From Squalus acanthias (taxonomy: Eukaryota): DNA of 64,000 nt. The notes beneath the pieces are model-generated. The model worked only from the letters and a program-made list of their open reading frames with translations, was not told where the DNA came from and made no database searches. Position numbers and translations under genes: made by a program. Location: assembly GCA_030390025.1 (NCBI GenBank), contig CM059433.1, forward strand, positions 496,001 through 560,000, given 5' to 3'. The stretch's first letter is position 1; every line of letters starts with the position of its first letter. Of this stretch, positions 1 to 11,903 are shown in pieces.

Positions 1-107
1 GTATTGTATATGGCTTTTCTTGCGTTATGATTGTTTTCAAATGTTTTGTCAACTCGAATAATCCAATAAATGATTTGAAAAGAAGCAGAATGTGAAAATA
101 AGACGTG

Positions 108-475
108 TATAACAATTTGCATTTCCATTGCTCTCCCGGTATCGAAAACATCATCTTGGAGCACTGTACAGAAAGGGGCACTATGAAGGAAAAAGGGAGA
201 GGGGGAACAACAGTGGTTAGGAAAAGGAAGGGAGGTGGAGGAACAGTCAGAGAAGAAGGGTTTAAGGTGGCTTTTGATGGTGGGGAAAGTGGTGGTGAGA
301 CAAAAGGAGGGAGGTCCAGAGGACGAGGAAGATAGTGGCTGAAACATAGCCATGGTTGAGCAGTGGAAGCAAGGAATGAGAAGTAGAGGAGCAAAGGGTA
401 CGAACAAGGGCAAAAAGCTGGAGAAGATTGCAGATATAAGGTGGGTTTGAATGCGAGGGCAAAGATCATATTACA
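108..475 (-). mobile_element. Degraded L2-clade LINE 3' fragment
   Basis: Begins with a degenerate reverse complement of the L2-type tail (aacaatttgcatttccattgc), followed by purine-rich sequence resembling the antisense L2 3' region. Confidence 0.45.
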
Positions 476-599
476 GTAATCTGTTGAGGAAGCCTCTGCT
501 CTCCTGAGCAGCTGATCTGTTTACCCCTCTTGCTGATCATGGTGCCCTTGCCTCCTTTTCTTCTACCTTGAAATACAGGAAGCACAGGTGACAGTCTCG

Positions 600-1160
600 G
601 GCCAATGCTTGGTCAGGATAAACAACATAATCATCAGTCTGGAAAACTGTGTTCAGTTTTGGGCACTGAACCTCAGAAGATATATTGACCTTCGCAGATT
701 CACCAGAATGATACTGGGACTTAGAGGGTTAAATGGTGAGGACAGGTTGCATAACTGTGGTTTGTATTCCAAGCAATGTTCTTTGGGTTGTATTCCCTTA
801 AGTTTAGACAGTTGAAGGGTGATCTAATTGATGATGGGATTTAATAGGATAGATACAGAGAAACTATTTCCTCTGATGGGGTGGATCCAGAAAAAGAGGG
901 AATAATCTTAAAATTAATGAGTGAAATCAGGAAGCATTTCTTCATGCAAAGGGTAGTGGAAGTCTGGAACTCCCCGAAAGGCTATGGATGCTGGGTCAAC
1001 TGAAATTTCCAGGACTGAGATTGATATATTTTCGTTGGGTAAGAGTATCAAGGGATATTCAAGCAAAAGCAGTTAAATGGAGTTGAGGTACAGATCAGGC
1101 ATGCTCCAACTGAAGTCAGAACAGGCTCAAAGGAACCGGAGTATGGTATTTAGTCCTATG
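600..1160 (+). mobile_element. Degraded CR1 LINE 3' end
   Basis: Translates LENCVQFW...RFTRMILGLRGL, homologous to the LEYCVQFW...RFTRLIPG C-terminus of other CR1 copies here, then a CR1-like 3' UTR. Confidence 0.85.
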
Positions 1161-1354
1161 ACCAAGTAGATTATCTACAAGAGGTCATCTAACATATCTT
1201 CTAGACTCTTTTGGTGGACCTGGTCACAATTCTGGAGCATCATCAACTTATTTCTGCCCATGGACTATAAAAGGTCAACTTTTGTCCATATGCCTTGGAC
1301 TCATCAACCTCCTGAGCTGCCATCTTAGCCTTATCTGAGAGGTGTAGAGTTTTG

Positions 1355-1935
1355 AAATACTGATTGATCCAAGGCTCAGCTTCCTTCCCCGCATATATTC
1401 CATTGCCAAGACTGCTTTCTTTCACTATTGTCCACCTCCAGCCGTGCCTCTTCTCTGCTGCTGCTGAAACTTTAATTCACTTCTGGATCACCACAAGATT
1501 TGATTTCTCAAATGCTCTCGTAACTGACCTCTATCTTCCACTCATTCAAAATTCCTTATCTGAACAAAACCCTATGCTCCCGTTGCTCCTGCCCATGCTG
1601 AGCTCCGTTGACTCCCCTTGCCCCAATTAATTGATTTTTAATATTCTTTCAAATCCATGGTCCTTCCCTACCTCAGCAATCTGTGAAGGGACATCATAGG
1701 AAGGACAAGCTATATGGCTGGGTGGCTGCCCTCATCTGCACTCTTCTTTGTAAATCTATAGCCTGACATGCACCCTTTGGACCTTGCTCTCTTGCTTCAC
1801 CAATGGCAGCTGGTCTTTCAGCTGTTGCACCCCCATATTCACAAACTTGCTTTCCAAATCACTGCCCCACCTTGCCATCCCCCTCACTTCTTTCAAAAGC
1901 CTACAAAAAAGCCACCTCTTCAGCTGTGCTTCCAA
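1355..1935 (+). mobile_element. Degraded L2-clade LINE ORF2 C-terminus
   Basis: AAETLIHFWITTRFDFSNAL resembles the L2 motif AETLIHAFVTSRLDYSNAL; downstream FKSLQKATS-like end. Confidence 0.75.
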
Positions 1936-1941
1936 CTCCTA

Positions 1942-2587
1942 GGGGGAAAAATTGGGTTGCTTTGCGCCTCCCGCAAAGCATCTAGCCCGGCGCCGCTAAC
2001 GCCTCCTGTGAAATTCAGCAGGAGGTTAGTGGTGGCGGTAGCGCCCTGCGACGCTGCGCCTCCGGCGATGACGTCAGCGCCGTGCCCCGCTCCGCCCTGG
2101 CCGCAAACTTCAGTCGTGCCCCCTTACCTACCGCCGGACGAAATGTCCGACAGGGTCAGGGTGGTGTTTTTGCGGCCGCGGCGGCGCTAATTAAAGGGCA
2201 GGGGCCGGGCGGCCATTTTTTTTGGGGCCGCTTGCCAGCACCTGCCCCCTCCTGTTTTTTCATGCGGGGTGCCGGCCGCGATCGGTCAGCCGTTCCCCAG
2301 TGGTCCAGCAGGGCCCCGGTGCGCGCTACACTAGGCCCCTCCCCTTAAAAAGGGAAGGGAGGCCTGTAATACCACAGCGCTATGTGCTGACGCGCGTGGC
2401 ACTGCTGCACGTAGCGCCGTGATATTGAATGGTAGCGCCCCAAGAGGAGGGGGAGCGCTTCCAGTAGCGCCCCGCCTCCTACTTGGGGGCGCTACCACTC
2501 AATTTACTACGCGGGAGTGCTAACTTTTTCGGGGCACTAAAAGTAGCGCCCCGGCGAAGTTAGCGCCCCAAAGGGGCAAGTTTTTCT
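1942..2587. mobile_element. GC-rich MITE, probably Harbinger-derived (family M1, copy A)
   Basis: Starts gggggaaaaattgg; colinear with 50206-50837; internal hairpin 2430-2497; repeated TAGCGCC motifs. Confidence 0.75.
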
Positions 2588-4372
2588 GTACATGAGCACA
2601 ATAGAGATGTAAGTTATTGTAAATTAATTGATCTGGAAGCTTTTTTTTGCATTTCCTTTGTTCCGATACTAAGGATTGTTCAGAAGATTTGCGTGTAAAG
2701 GAAGATGATACTGCTGATTCCTCTGTTTGACTTGGAAACGACAGTCTTTGACATACAGCCATTGAACATCATCTCTTCGATTTCATTACTGCATAAAGAG
2801 GGATCAATGCTCAGCTATCATTTACCAGTGTAAATATCATGATTCCACAAAACCTGACTCAAGCAGAACTTGCTGGGTTTGCAAGAGTCAGTGGCAGAAG
2901 ATGCGGCTTTTGACTTTGCTTTCCTGCCTCATTACCCTTTTTTGTGGATATAATTCAATCAGTCATGAGCTGAAAGACATGTTTGCCATTAAGCCCAACT
3001 GCCTCAGGTCTGCCTGAAACTTTCCTATTGTATTAAGATTAAAATAATGTTTAGAATACTTAACTAGCTCAGTGCTTTCTTTAAATATTGCAATACAGGT
3101 GCTCACAAATACAGTTTTAACTTTTCAAAATATTTTAATTGGCCAATTTTGTACAATTGCACGGAGGTTAGGTGCCGGAAGATTTAAGGTGGGCAGGATG
3201 CAGGTGGCAGTTGGGTTTTTTGGCTATTATTTTCTCCTACCTGCTGGTGAAACTAGCCTGAAACGTAGCAGGGTAAAATGACAAAAGTAAAGAGCAACAT
3301 TAAGTATATGAGAACTAGGAAATATGTGTTCAGGAGACAACATTGTGAAAATGTGACATTGCTGCAGTCCTTGGCATCTGAGAAACTAAATTCACATCCT
3401 TGTTCTATTTTAAGGTAAAATGCTGCAGTGTTCTGAAATGTGTCATCTGGGTGACCCAAATAACCTACATTAGTTATTCTGCAAACAGCAGCATTTTAAC
3501 TATGTGTGATAAGTTTCCCTGAAATTGGTCGTGTTTGAACTACAAGAGGCTTCAGTTTCTAAATGTAATTTACCCGTTAAGTTATGTAGGTATTTTGTGC
3601 TTTTTAATTATTCCATTTTCACTAGTAATACACATTTGTGCTTTTTGTGATAAATGTAGTAAAACGTCTTCTTGTTAAGCATGCATTGCATCATAATACA
3701 TAATAAACAGGAATATTGTTAGAGAAGCAAATAATTAAGATGTTTTATGACTTTTTTTTAATTTGGCCAGTTACTAACCATCACGTGAAGGCTGTATCTT
3801 CCAGGACTTTGCATGATGGATGTGGTAGGGTCTGTCCCCAGAACGTTTGAAACATGGAGGAGGTTCCAGTGAACTCTGGTGCTCCAGGATCATAATTTAA
3901 CCAGAAGAACAGACTAAAAATTGAATTTGCTGATTAAATGTAAATGCAAGACTATCACATGGAAGGTTATGCAGCATCATTGTCAAGCACAATGCCAAAG
4001 GATACATGCTTGGGGATGGAAAAGTGGGTTGAAAGTGGGCATCAGCCGAGAGGGGAGACACAGACAATGGACTGCATGAAAGCTCACCAATTGAGCTATT
4101 TCAAAAGTGATCTACAATAGGAGCCCCTATACTCTGATCATGATCTATAATAGGAAACTTCTTCAACTAAGCGATATAGTAGTAGAGTTCTCAAAACTGA
4201 TATCCGGGAACAAGCTTTCACTGCAGCAGGTGGTGGAATGAGGAAGGCTGCTGCAGCTACAGTGATTCTGAGTCTGTGCCTTCAATATTCAGTGTTCAGA
4301 GAGTGGTAAAGGCTGGAATAGAGAAACTAGCAGATCTACCCGACTCTAAATCTAGTGAGAATGGCTTTTAAA

Positions 4373-4482
4373 AAAGAAAGACTTGCATTTATATAGCGCC
4401 TTTCATGACCACCGGACGTCTCAAAGCGCTTTACAGTCAATGAAGTGCTTTTGAAGTGGAGTCACTGTTGTAATGTGGGAAT
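4373..4482 (-). mobile_element. 3' tail of an L2-dependent (Deu-type) SINE
   Basis: Reverse complement reads ...gtaaagcgctttgagacgtcc...gaaaggcgctatataaatgcaagtctttcttt, the L2/DeuSINE tail. Confidence 0.75.
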
Positions 4483-4519
4483 CGCAAAAGCATCTGTGGT
4501 GAAAGATTCTACAGAGAAG

Positions 4520-4888
4520 TGCTCTATTATATGCTATGGGGAACAGATAGGGTAGATAGAAAGAAACTATTTCTACTGGTTGGGGATTCTAGGACAAGGA
4601 GGCATAGTCTAAAAATTAGAGCCAGGCCTTTCAGGAGTGAAATTAGGAAACCCTTCTTCACACAAAGGGTGGTAGAAGTTTGGAACTCTCTTCCGAAAAT
4701 GGCAATTAATGCTAGATCAATTGTTAATTTTAAATCGGAGATTGATAGCTTTTTCTTAACTAAAGGTATTAAGGGATATGGGCCAAAATTGGGTATAAGG
4801 AGTTAGGTCGCAGATCAGCCATGATCTCATTGAACAGTGGAACAGGCTTGAGGGGCTCAATGGCCTACTCCTGTTTCTATGTTCCTAA
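4520..4888 (+). mobile_element. CR1 3' end fragment
   Basis: SRTRRHSLKI...FFTQRVVEVWNSLP, 3' UTR, tail ttctatgttcct. Confidence 0.9.
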
Positions 4889-5363
4889 GTTCACCAGATT
4901 GGTTCCTGGGATGAGGGGATTGCCCTATGAGGAGAGATGGAGTAGACTAGGCCTATATTCCCTAGAGTTCAGAAAAATGAGAGGTGATCTAATTGAAACA
5001 TATAAAATTCTTAAGGGGCTTGACAAGGTTAATGCTGAAAAAATGTTTTCCCTGGCTGGGGAATCTAGAACACTGGGCACAGTCTCAGAATAAGGGGTCG
5101 GCCATTTAGGACTGAGATAAGGAGAAATTTCTTCACTCAAAGGGTTGTGAATCTTTGGCATTCTCTACCCCAGAGAGCTGTGGATGCTCCGTCGTCGAGT
5201 ATATTCAAGACGGAGGTCGATAAATTTTTGGGACTCAGAATTAAGGGATATGGGGATAGTGCGGGAAGGTGGAGTTGAGGGAGAAGATCAGCAATGATCT
5301 TGTTGAATGGCGGAGCAGGCTCGAAGGGCCAATTGGCCTACTCCAGCTCATTTCTTATGTTCT
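4889..5363 (+). mobile_element. CR1 3' end fragment
   Basis: FTRLVPGMRGLPYEER...RGDLIETYKIL, 3' UTR, tail ttcttatgttct. Confidence 0.9.
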
Positions 5364-5908
5364 ATTGAGGACTGGATTGAGCTGTTCCAATCAGTGACTG
5401 TGAACACTTCCTTTGTTTTTTGGCATTGATAGACTGCAGTAAATACTAATACTTTGTATTCTGTTGCACTCCATATTTTGTGTTTTTCTTGTATGTCACT
5501 GGTGGGAGTCCAGCTAATGAATGAAAGCATTAATGCTACCTCTAGTAGTATAATGTAAATTGTGTTTGAAAAATGTTAGTCTAATATTTGTCAGTTGACA
5601 ATATTGTGCTATGTTCTGTGCCAGCCCTCTCCAAAAGGAGTTGTGCACATTATATCCTAATGTTCCTTAAATGTGGTACGTTTTACAGAGGGAAGAGTTC
5701 CATTGCATGCAGTGTGTAGTATATGAAAAATTACGACAGGAAGTGTGCATGCCTTTATTTAGCTTGGAAGCTCCATTGAGAGCATATCCTTGTTTCAAGG
5801 CTGTCCTGACAATAGCACTGCAGGTTTTGAATGGTTTGGATGGGTTGAATGATTACCAGGGAAGATGCCAAGTATAGGATGTATTGTGGTGAAACCAATG
5901 TTATCATA

Positions 5909-6670
5909 GGGGGCGATTTTCTGCCGTCGGAAGAGGCGGATTTGGAGGCGGGAAAGGCGGGAAAATCAGATTCAATGAGGGCGGGTTCAGAACCCGCCTC
6001 CGCGGGATTTTGCCGGTGCCGGTTTTGGAGGTCGGGAAACGGTCCCGCCTCCAGCTGACTATAGCGATACTTGTGATCATTAAATGCTCGTTAAGAGCCT
6101 CTCTAAGCCTATTTTGAGAGGCCTCGTCATTTTTCGAGGATTTCGGCATGCTCCACACACCTCCTAAACCACGCCAGGTAAACCTGGCAGGTTGACTCGT
6201 GGGTGGCCTCCTCACAGCTGCAGGTCCAACAAGACATTGTTTATTGCATCAAGGATTACTTGCAGGTGCCAGACCTTGGCTTTAAAAGGTCTCTGAGCAC
6301 TTTTAGAAGGCCTTCCAAAGTCTGAGGTGCTGCAGCTTCAATCAATCAACTGTGGGACCTCCTTGGAAGACCCTCTCCCCATTTGCAATGAGCGCTTCCC
6401 CAAAGGAGGCATCTGCAAGCAGCATGGGAAACCATTCGTTTTCTTTCTGTATAGACCTCAGATGAGGATGCTGAGGAGGAGGAGCAGGAGGAGGTCAGAG
6501 CGCCGGTGTATCGACCAGCGGCAGCACGCGAGCACATGGCTGCCCGGGATGTAAGGGATGAACTTATCCTGGTCAGATTTGCATAGGTTTCCCAAGTTGG
6601 CACATGTCCTTGGCTCCATCCTAGGACATCATTGACAATGGACATGACTCTCTGGCCTCCTTTCACTCAG
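5909..6670 (+). mobile_element. Internally deleted PIF/Harbinger fragment (left end plus transposase C-terminus)
   Basis: Terminus gggggcgattttctgcc resembles the ends of the 23613-30911 Harbinger; 6455-6586 reads TSDEDAEEEEQEE...AARDVRDELILVRFA*, typical of a HARBI1-type C-terminus. Confidence 0.65.
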
Positions 6671-6671
6671 G

Positions 6672-7396
6672 CTGCATGACAATGTATGAACGGACACCGC
6701 GCAACAATCGCCAGGCAGGAGTGTTACCTCCCAGTCGGGGCACACTTCAGCAGTCAAGAACATTCAGCCTCGGATCTACGGGTAAGCGTTCGCCAAGGCG
6801 GCCTTCGAGACACACGACAACGCAAAATCATCGAGCAGAAACTGATAGCCAAGTTCCGCACCCATGAGGACGGCCTCAACCGGGATCTTGGGTTCATATC
6901 ACGCTACATGTAACCCCACCTGACGTAGAGTCATCCAGACTCGAGTCGTCGTTGGCTTGTTCACAGATGTGATTTCCAGTAAAAAAAAAGTAAAAAGTTT
7001 AAAGTTTTTGGTTTTCCATACAGACTGCAGCATCTGACACATTAGACCCCCTGTGACCCCACCTCATTGTCTTTGTTGTATTTTGCTATCGTCTTTGATG
7101 TAATGTCTTCCTGACTGACCTGGTTGGATTTGATTGCCGTGATTGTCTCTCTGCCGAGGTGTGATAAAGGGCAGTTAGAAAGATTAACTGTAGTGGTCTG
7201 GCATTGTTCTCTGCACAGGCATTGTTCTCTGTCTATATATGCTGTGCCCATTTGTATTTCTTCACTTCACCTGACGAAGGAGCAGCCGCTCCGAAAGCTT
7301 GTGATTTCAAATAAAACTGTTGGACTATAACCTGGTGTTGTGCGACTTCTCACTTATGTCCACCCCAGTCCAACACCGGCATCTCCGCATCATGGC
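6672..7396 (+). mobile_element. Penelope-like element 3' fragment (GIY-YIG C-terminus, 3' UTR, tail)
   Basis: MNGHRATIARQE...VGAHFS...EQKLIAKFRTHEDGLNRDLGF; near-identical to about 13210-13873. Confidence 0.92.
7267..7304 (+). ncRNA. Minimal type-I hammerhead ribozyme motif (PLE-associated)
   Basis: UCAC-CUGACGA-A-GGAGC(AGCC)GCUCC-GAAA-GCU-U-GUGA: conserved core, 5-bp stem II, palindromic AGCU stem III, stem I UCAC/GUGA; predicted cut after 7300. Confidence 0.8.
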
Positions 7397-7399
7397 CTC

Positions 7400-8075
7400 T
7401 ATTTATGAAGCCCAAGATCCCATATGCTTTGCTAACCACTCTCTCAATATGTCCTGCCACCTTCAGGGACCTATGCACATTAACTCCCAGGTCCCTCTGT
7501 TGCTGCACATTCTAAAACTGTGCCATTTAGTGTATATTGCCTCTCCCTGTTCCTTCTGCCAAAATGCATCACCTCACACTTCTCTGTATTAAATTCCATC
7601 TGTCACTTGTCTGCCCATTCTGCTAGCCTTTCTATGTCCTGTTGCAGTCGATTGGTATCATCCTCACTGTTTGCCACACCCCCAAGTTTGGTGTCATCGG
7701 CAAATTTAGAAATTCTACTCTGTATTCCAATATCCAGGTCATATCAAAAAAAGCAGTGGCCCCAGCACTGAGCCTTGGGGAACACCACTGTCTACCATCC
7801 TCCAGTCTGAAAAACAGCCATTTACCACAACTCGCAGTTTTCTGTCCTTAAGCCAATTCCTTATCCAAGCTGTCACTGACCCACCTATTCCATGAGCCTC
7901 AATTTTGTTAACCAGCCTTCTATGTGGTACTTTGTCAAATGCCTTCCTAAAATCCATGTAGACAACATCCATTACATTCCCTTCATCAATCCTCCCTGTT
8001 ACTTCATCAAAAAATTCAATTGGATTAGTCAAACACGATCTGATCTGCCTTTTACAAATCTGTGTTGGCTCTCCT
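7400..8075 (-). mobile_element. CR1 RT fragment
   Basis: [13 protein letters not shown]...[14 protein letters not shown] and KFADDTK motifs. Confidence 0.92.
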
Positions 8076-8124
8076 TAATGTTATTAATGGTAAGCTGATA
8101 TTTTGTGCTGTGTATTACTTTCAA

Positions 8125-8262
8125 AAGCTTGAGAAGGAAATATTTGCAGGGCTATGGGGAAAGAGCAGGAGAGTGGGACTAATTGGATAGCACTTTCAAA
8201 GAGCTGGCACAGGCACATTGGGCAGAATAGCCTCCTATGCTGTATCATTCTATGGTTCTATC
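8125..8262 (+). mobile_element. CR1-type 3' UTR/tail (second tail type)
   Basis: gcagggctatggggaaagagcagg...attctatggttctat; same tail type as at 39385 and 54936. Confidence 0.75.
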
Positions 8263-11200
8263 ACTTGATCTGCTATTGTTTAAAGTACATTGCCACCTGT
8301 CTTGGCAATGTGATAGCATTGGGCTTGAAACCAAGAAATCTAAATGTCAGTCTCATCAGATTTAGGAGTGTATGTCAGGGAAGGGTATTAGAAGAGGGAA
8401 CATAAGAAATAGGAGCAGGAATAGGCTACTTGGCCCCTTGAGCCTGCTCTGCCATTCAATAAGATCATGGCTGATCTTGGGCTCAAAGTCACTTCCCAGC
8501 CTGCTCCCCATAACCCTTCACTCCCATATCTTGCAAAAATTTGTCTATCTCCACCTCAAATGTATTTAATGACCCAGCCTCCACAGCTCTCTGGGGCAGA
8601 GAATTCCACAGATTTACGACCCTCTGAGAAGAAATTCCTCCTCATCTCAGTTCTAAAAGGGCGACACTTTATTCTGAAACTATGCCCCCGAGTTCTAGAT
8701 TCCCCCACGAGGGGAAACATCTTCTCTGCATCTACCTTGTTGAGCCCCCTCAGTATCTTATGTTTCAATAAGATCCCCTCTCATTCTTCTAAACTCCAAT
8801 GAGTATTGGCCCAGCCTGCCCAACCTTTCCTCATAAGTCAACCCCTTCATCTCTGGAATTAACCTAGTGAATCATCTCTGAACTGCCTCCAATGCAAGTG
8901 TATCCTTCCTTAAATAAGGAGACCAAAACTGTCCGCAGTACTCAAGGTGTGGTCTCACCAATACCCTGTACAGTTGTAGCAGGACTTCCCTGCTTTTATA
9001 CTCCAACCCCCTTGAAATAAAGGCCAACATTCCATTTCCCTTTTTGATTACTTGCTGTACCTGCATGCTAACTTTTTGTGTTTCATGCACAAGGACCCCC
9101 AGGTCCCTCTAAACTGTAGCATCTTGCAATCTCTCTCCATTTAAATAATAGTTTGCTTTTTTATTTTTCCTGCCAAAGTGGATAACCTCGCACTTTCCCA
9201 CATTTATACTCCATCTGCCAAATGTTTGCCCACTCACTTAGCCTGTCTATATCCCTTTGCAGATTCTTTGAGTCCTCTGCACAACTTGCTTTCCTACCTA
9301 TCGTTGTATCATCTGCAAACTTGGCTACATTACACTTGGTCCCTTCATCCAAGTCATTAATGTAGATTGTAAATAGTTGAGGCCCCAGCACCGATCCCTG
9401 TGGCACCCCACTAGTTACTGTTTGCCAACCGGAAAATGACCCATTTATCCCAACTCTCTGCTTTCTGTTAGTTAGCCAATTCCCTATCCATACTAATATA
9501 TTACCCCCAATTCCGTAAGCTCTTATCTTGTGCAGTAACCTTTTTATGTGGCACCTATCGAATGCCTTCTGGAAATCCAAATACACCACATCCAGTGGCT
9601 CACCTTTGTCCACCCTGCTCATTACATCCTCAAAGAACTCCAGCAAATTTGTTAAACATGATTTCCATTTCATAAAACCATGCTGACTCTGCTTGACTGC
9701 ATTATGATTTTCCAAATGCCCTGTCACTGCTTCCTTAATGAAGGACTCCAGCAGTTTCCCATCGACAGATATTAGGCTAACTGGTCTATAGATTCCTGCT
9801 TTCTTTCTCCCTCCTTTCTTAAATAGGGGTGTTACATTAGCGGTTTTCCAATCCGCTGGGATCTCTCCAGAGTCCAGGGAATTTTGGTATATTGCAACCA
9901 ATGCATCCACTATCTCTGCAGCCACTTCTTTTAAGACCCTGGGATGCAAGCCATCTGGTCCAGGGGACTTGTTGTCTTTTAGTCCCATTGTTTTACCAAG
10001 TACTATTTCCTTAGTTAAGTGATTGTCTTTAGTTCCCCCCTCCCTGTGGCCCCTTGATTATCCATTAATAGGATGTTGTTAGTGTCTTCTACCGTGAAGA
10101 CAGATACAAAATATTTGTTCGGAGTCTCTGCCATTTCCCCGTTCCCCATTATTAATTCCCCAGTCTCATCCTCTAAGGGACCAACGTTTACTTTAGCTAC
10201 TCTTTTTATATACCTGTAGAAGCTCTTACTATCTGTTTTAATATTTCTTGCCAGTTTACTCTCATAATTCATCTTTTTTTTAGTCATCCTTTGCTAGTTT
10301 TTAAAAATTTCCCAATCCTCTGGTCTCCCACCAATTTTGGCAACATTGTATGCCTTCGTTTTCAATTTGATACCATCCTTTACTTCCTTAGTTAACCAAG
10401 GATGGTGCTCCCTTCTCTTAAAATTTTTCTCACTGCAATATATTTTTGTTGAGTTATGAAATATCTCCTTAAATGTCAGAAGTCGCACAACACCAGGTTA
10501 TAGTCCAACAGTTTTATTTGAAATCACAAGCTTTCGGAGATTAGTCAGGTGAAGTGAAGGAATACAGATCAGCAAAGCATATATAGACAGAGAACAATGC
10601 CTGTGCAGCGTACAATGTCAGACGACTACAGTTAATCTTTCTGACTGCCTTTTATCACACCTCGGCAGAGAGACAATCAGATCAGTCAGGAAGACATTAT
10701 ATCAAAGACATAGCAAAATACAACTAGGACAATGAGGTGGGGTCACAGGGGGTCTAATGTGTCAAATGCTGCAGTCTGTATGGAAAACCATAAACTTTAA
10801 ACTTTATACTTTTTTTTTACTGGAAATCACATCTGTGAACAAGCCAACGACGACTCGAGTCTGGATGACTACGTCAGGTGGGCTTACATGTAGCGTGACA
10901 TGAACCCAAGATCCCGGTTGAGGCCGTCCTCATGGGTGCGGAACTTGGCTATCAGTTTCTGCTCGATGATTTTGCGTTGTCGTGTGTCTCGAAGGCCGCC
11001 TTGGAGAACGCTTACCCGAAGATCCGAGGCTGAATGTCCTTGACTGCTGAAGTGTTCCCCGACTGGGAGGTAAAAAATCCTGCCTGGCGATTGTTGCGCG
11101 GTGTCCGTTCATACGTTGTCGCAGTGTCTGCATGGTCTCGCCGATGTACCATGCTCCGGGGCATCCTTTCCTGCAACGTATGAGGTAGACAACGTTGGCC

Positions 11201-11903
11201 GAGTCACATGAGTATGTACCATGTACGTGGTGGGTAGTGTCCTCACGTGTGATGATGGTATCTGTGTTGATGATCTGGCATGTCTTGCAGAGGTTGCCGT
11301 GGCAGGGTTGTGTGGTGTCGTGGTCGCTGTTCTCCTGAAAGCTGGGTAATTTGCTGCGAACGATGGTACTTTTGAGGTTAGGCGGCTGTTTGAAGGCGAG
11401 TAGCGGAGGCGTGGGGATGGCCTTAGCGAGGTGTTCGTCCTCATCGATGACATGTTGAAGGCTGCGAAGAACATGGCATAGTTTCTCCGCTCCGGGGAAG
11501 TACTGGACGACGTAGGGTACTCTGTTGGTTGTGTCCCGTGTTCGCCTTCTGAGGAGGTCTATGCGATTTTTCGCTGTGGCCCGTCGGAACTGCGATCGAT
11601 GAGTCGAGCGTCATATCCAGTTCTTACGAGGGCGTCTTTCAGCGTCCGTAGGTGTCCATCGCGTTGTTCCTCTTCTGAGCAGATCCTGTGTATTCGCAGG
11701 GCTTGTCCATAGGGGGTGGCTTCTTTAACGTGGTTAGGGTGGAAGCTGGAGAAGTGGAGCATCGTGAGGTTGTCCGTGGGCTTGCGGTAGAGTGAAGTGC
11801 TGAGGTGTCCGTCTTTGATGGAGATTCGTGTGTCCAAGAATGAAACCGACTCTGAGGAGTAGTCCATGGTGAGTTTGATGGTGGGATGGAACTTGTTGAT
11901 GTT

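Noticed and set aside
1768..2422. Pro/Arg/Ala-rich ORFs and CpG-island promoter
   Set aside because: Lie in a GC-rich MITE repeated at 50206-50837; no protein motifs.
2674..2730. Possible terminal exon DCSEDLRVKEDDTADSSV*
   Set aside because: Weak acceptor, no recognisable protein, no supporting exons.
5689..5823. 135-nt open frame between AG and GT
   Set aside because: Poor polypyrimidine tract and weak donor (gttttg).
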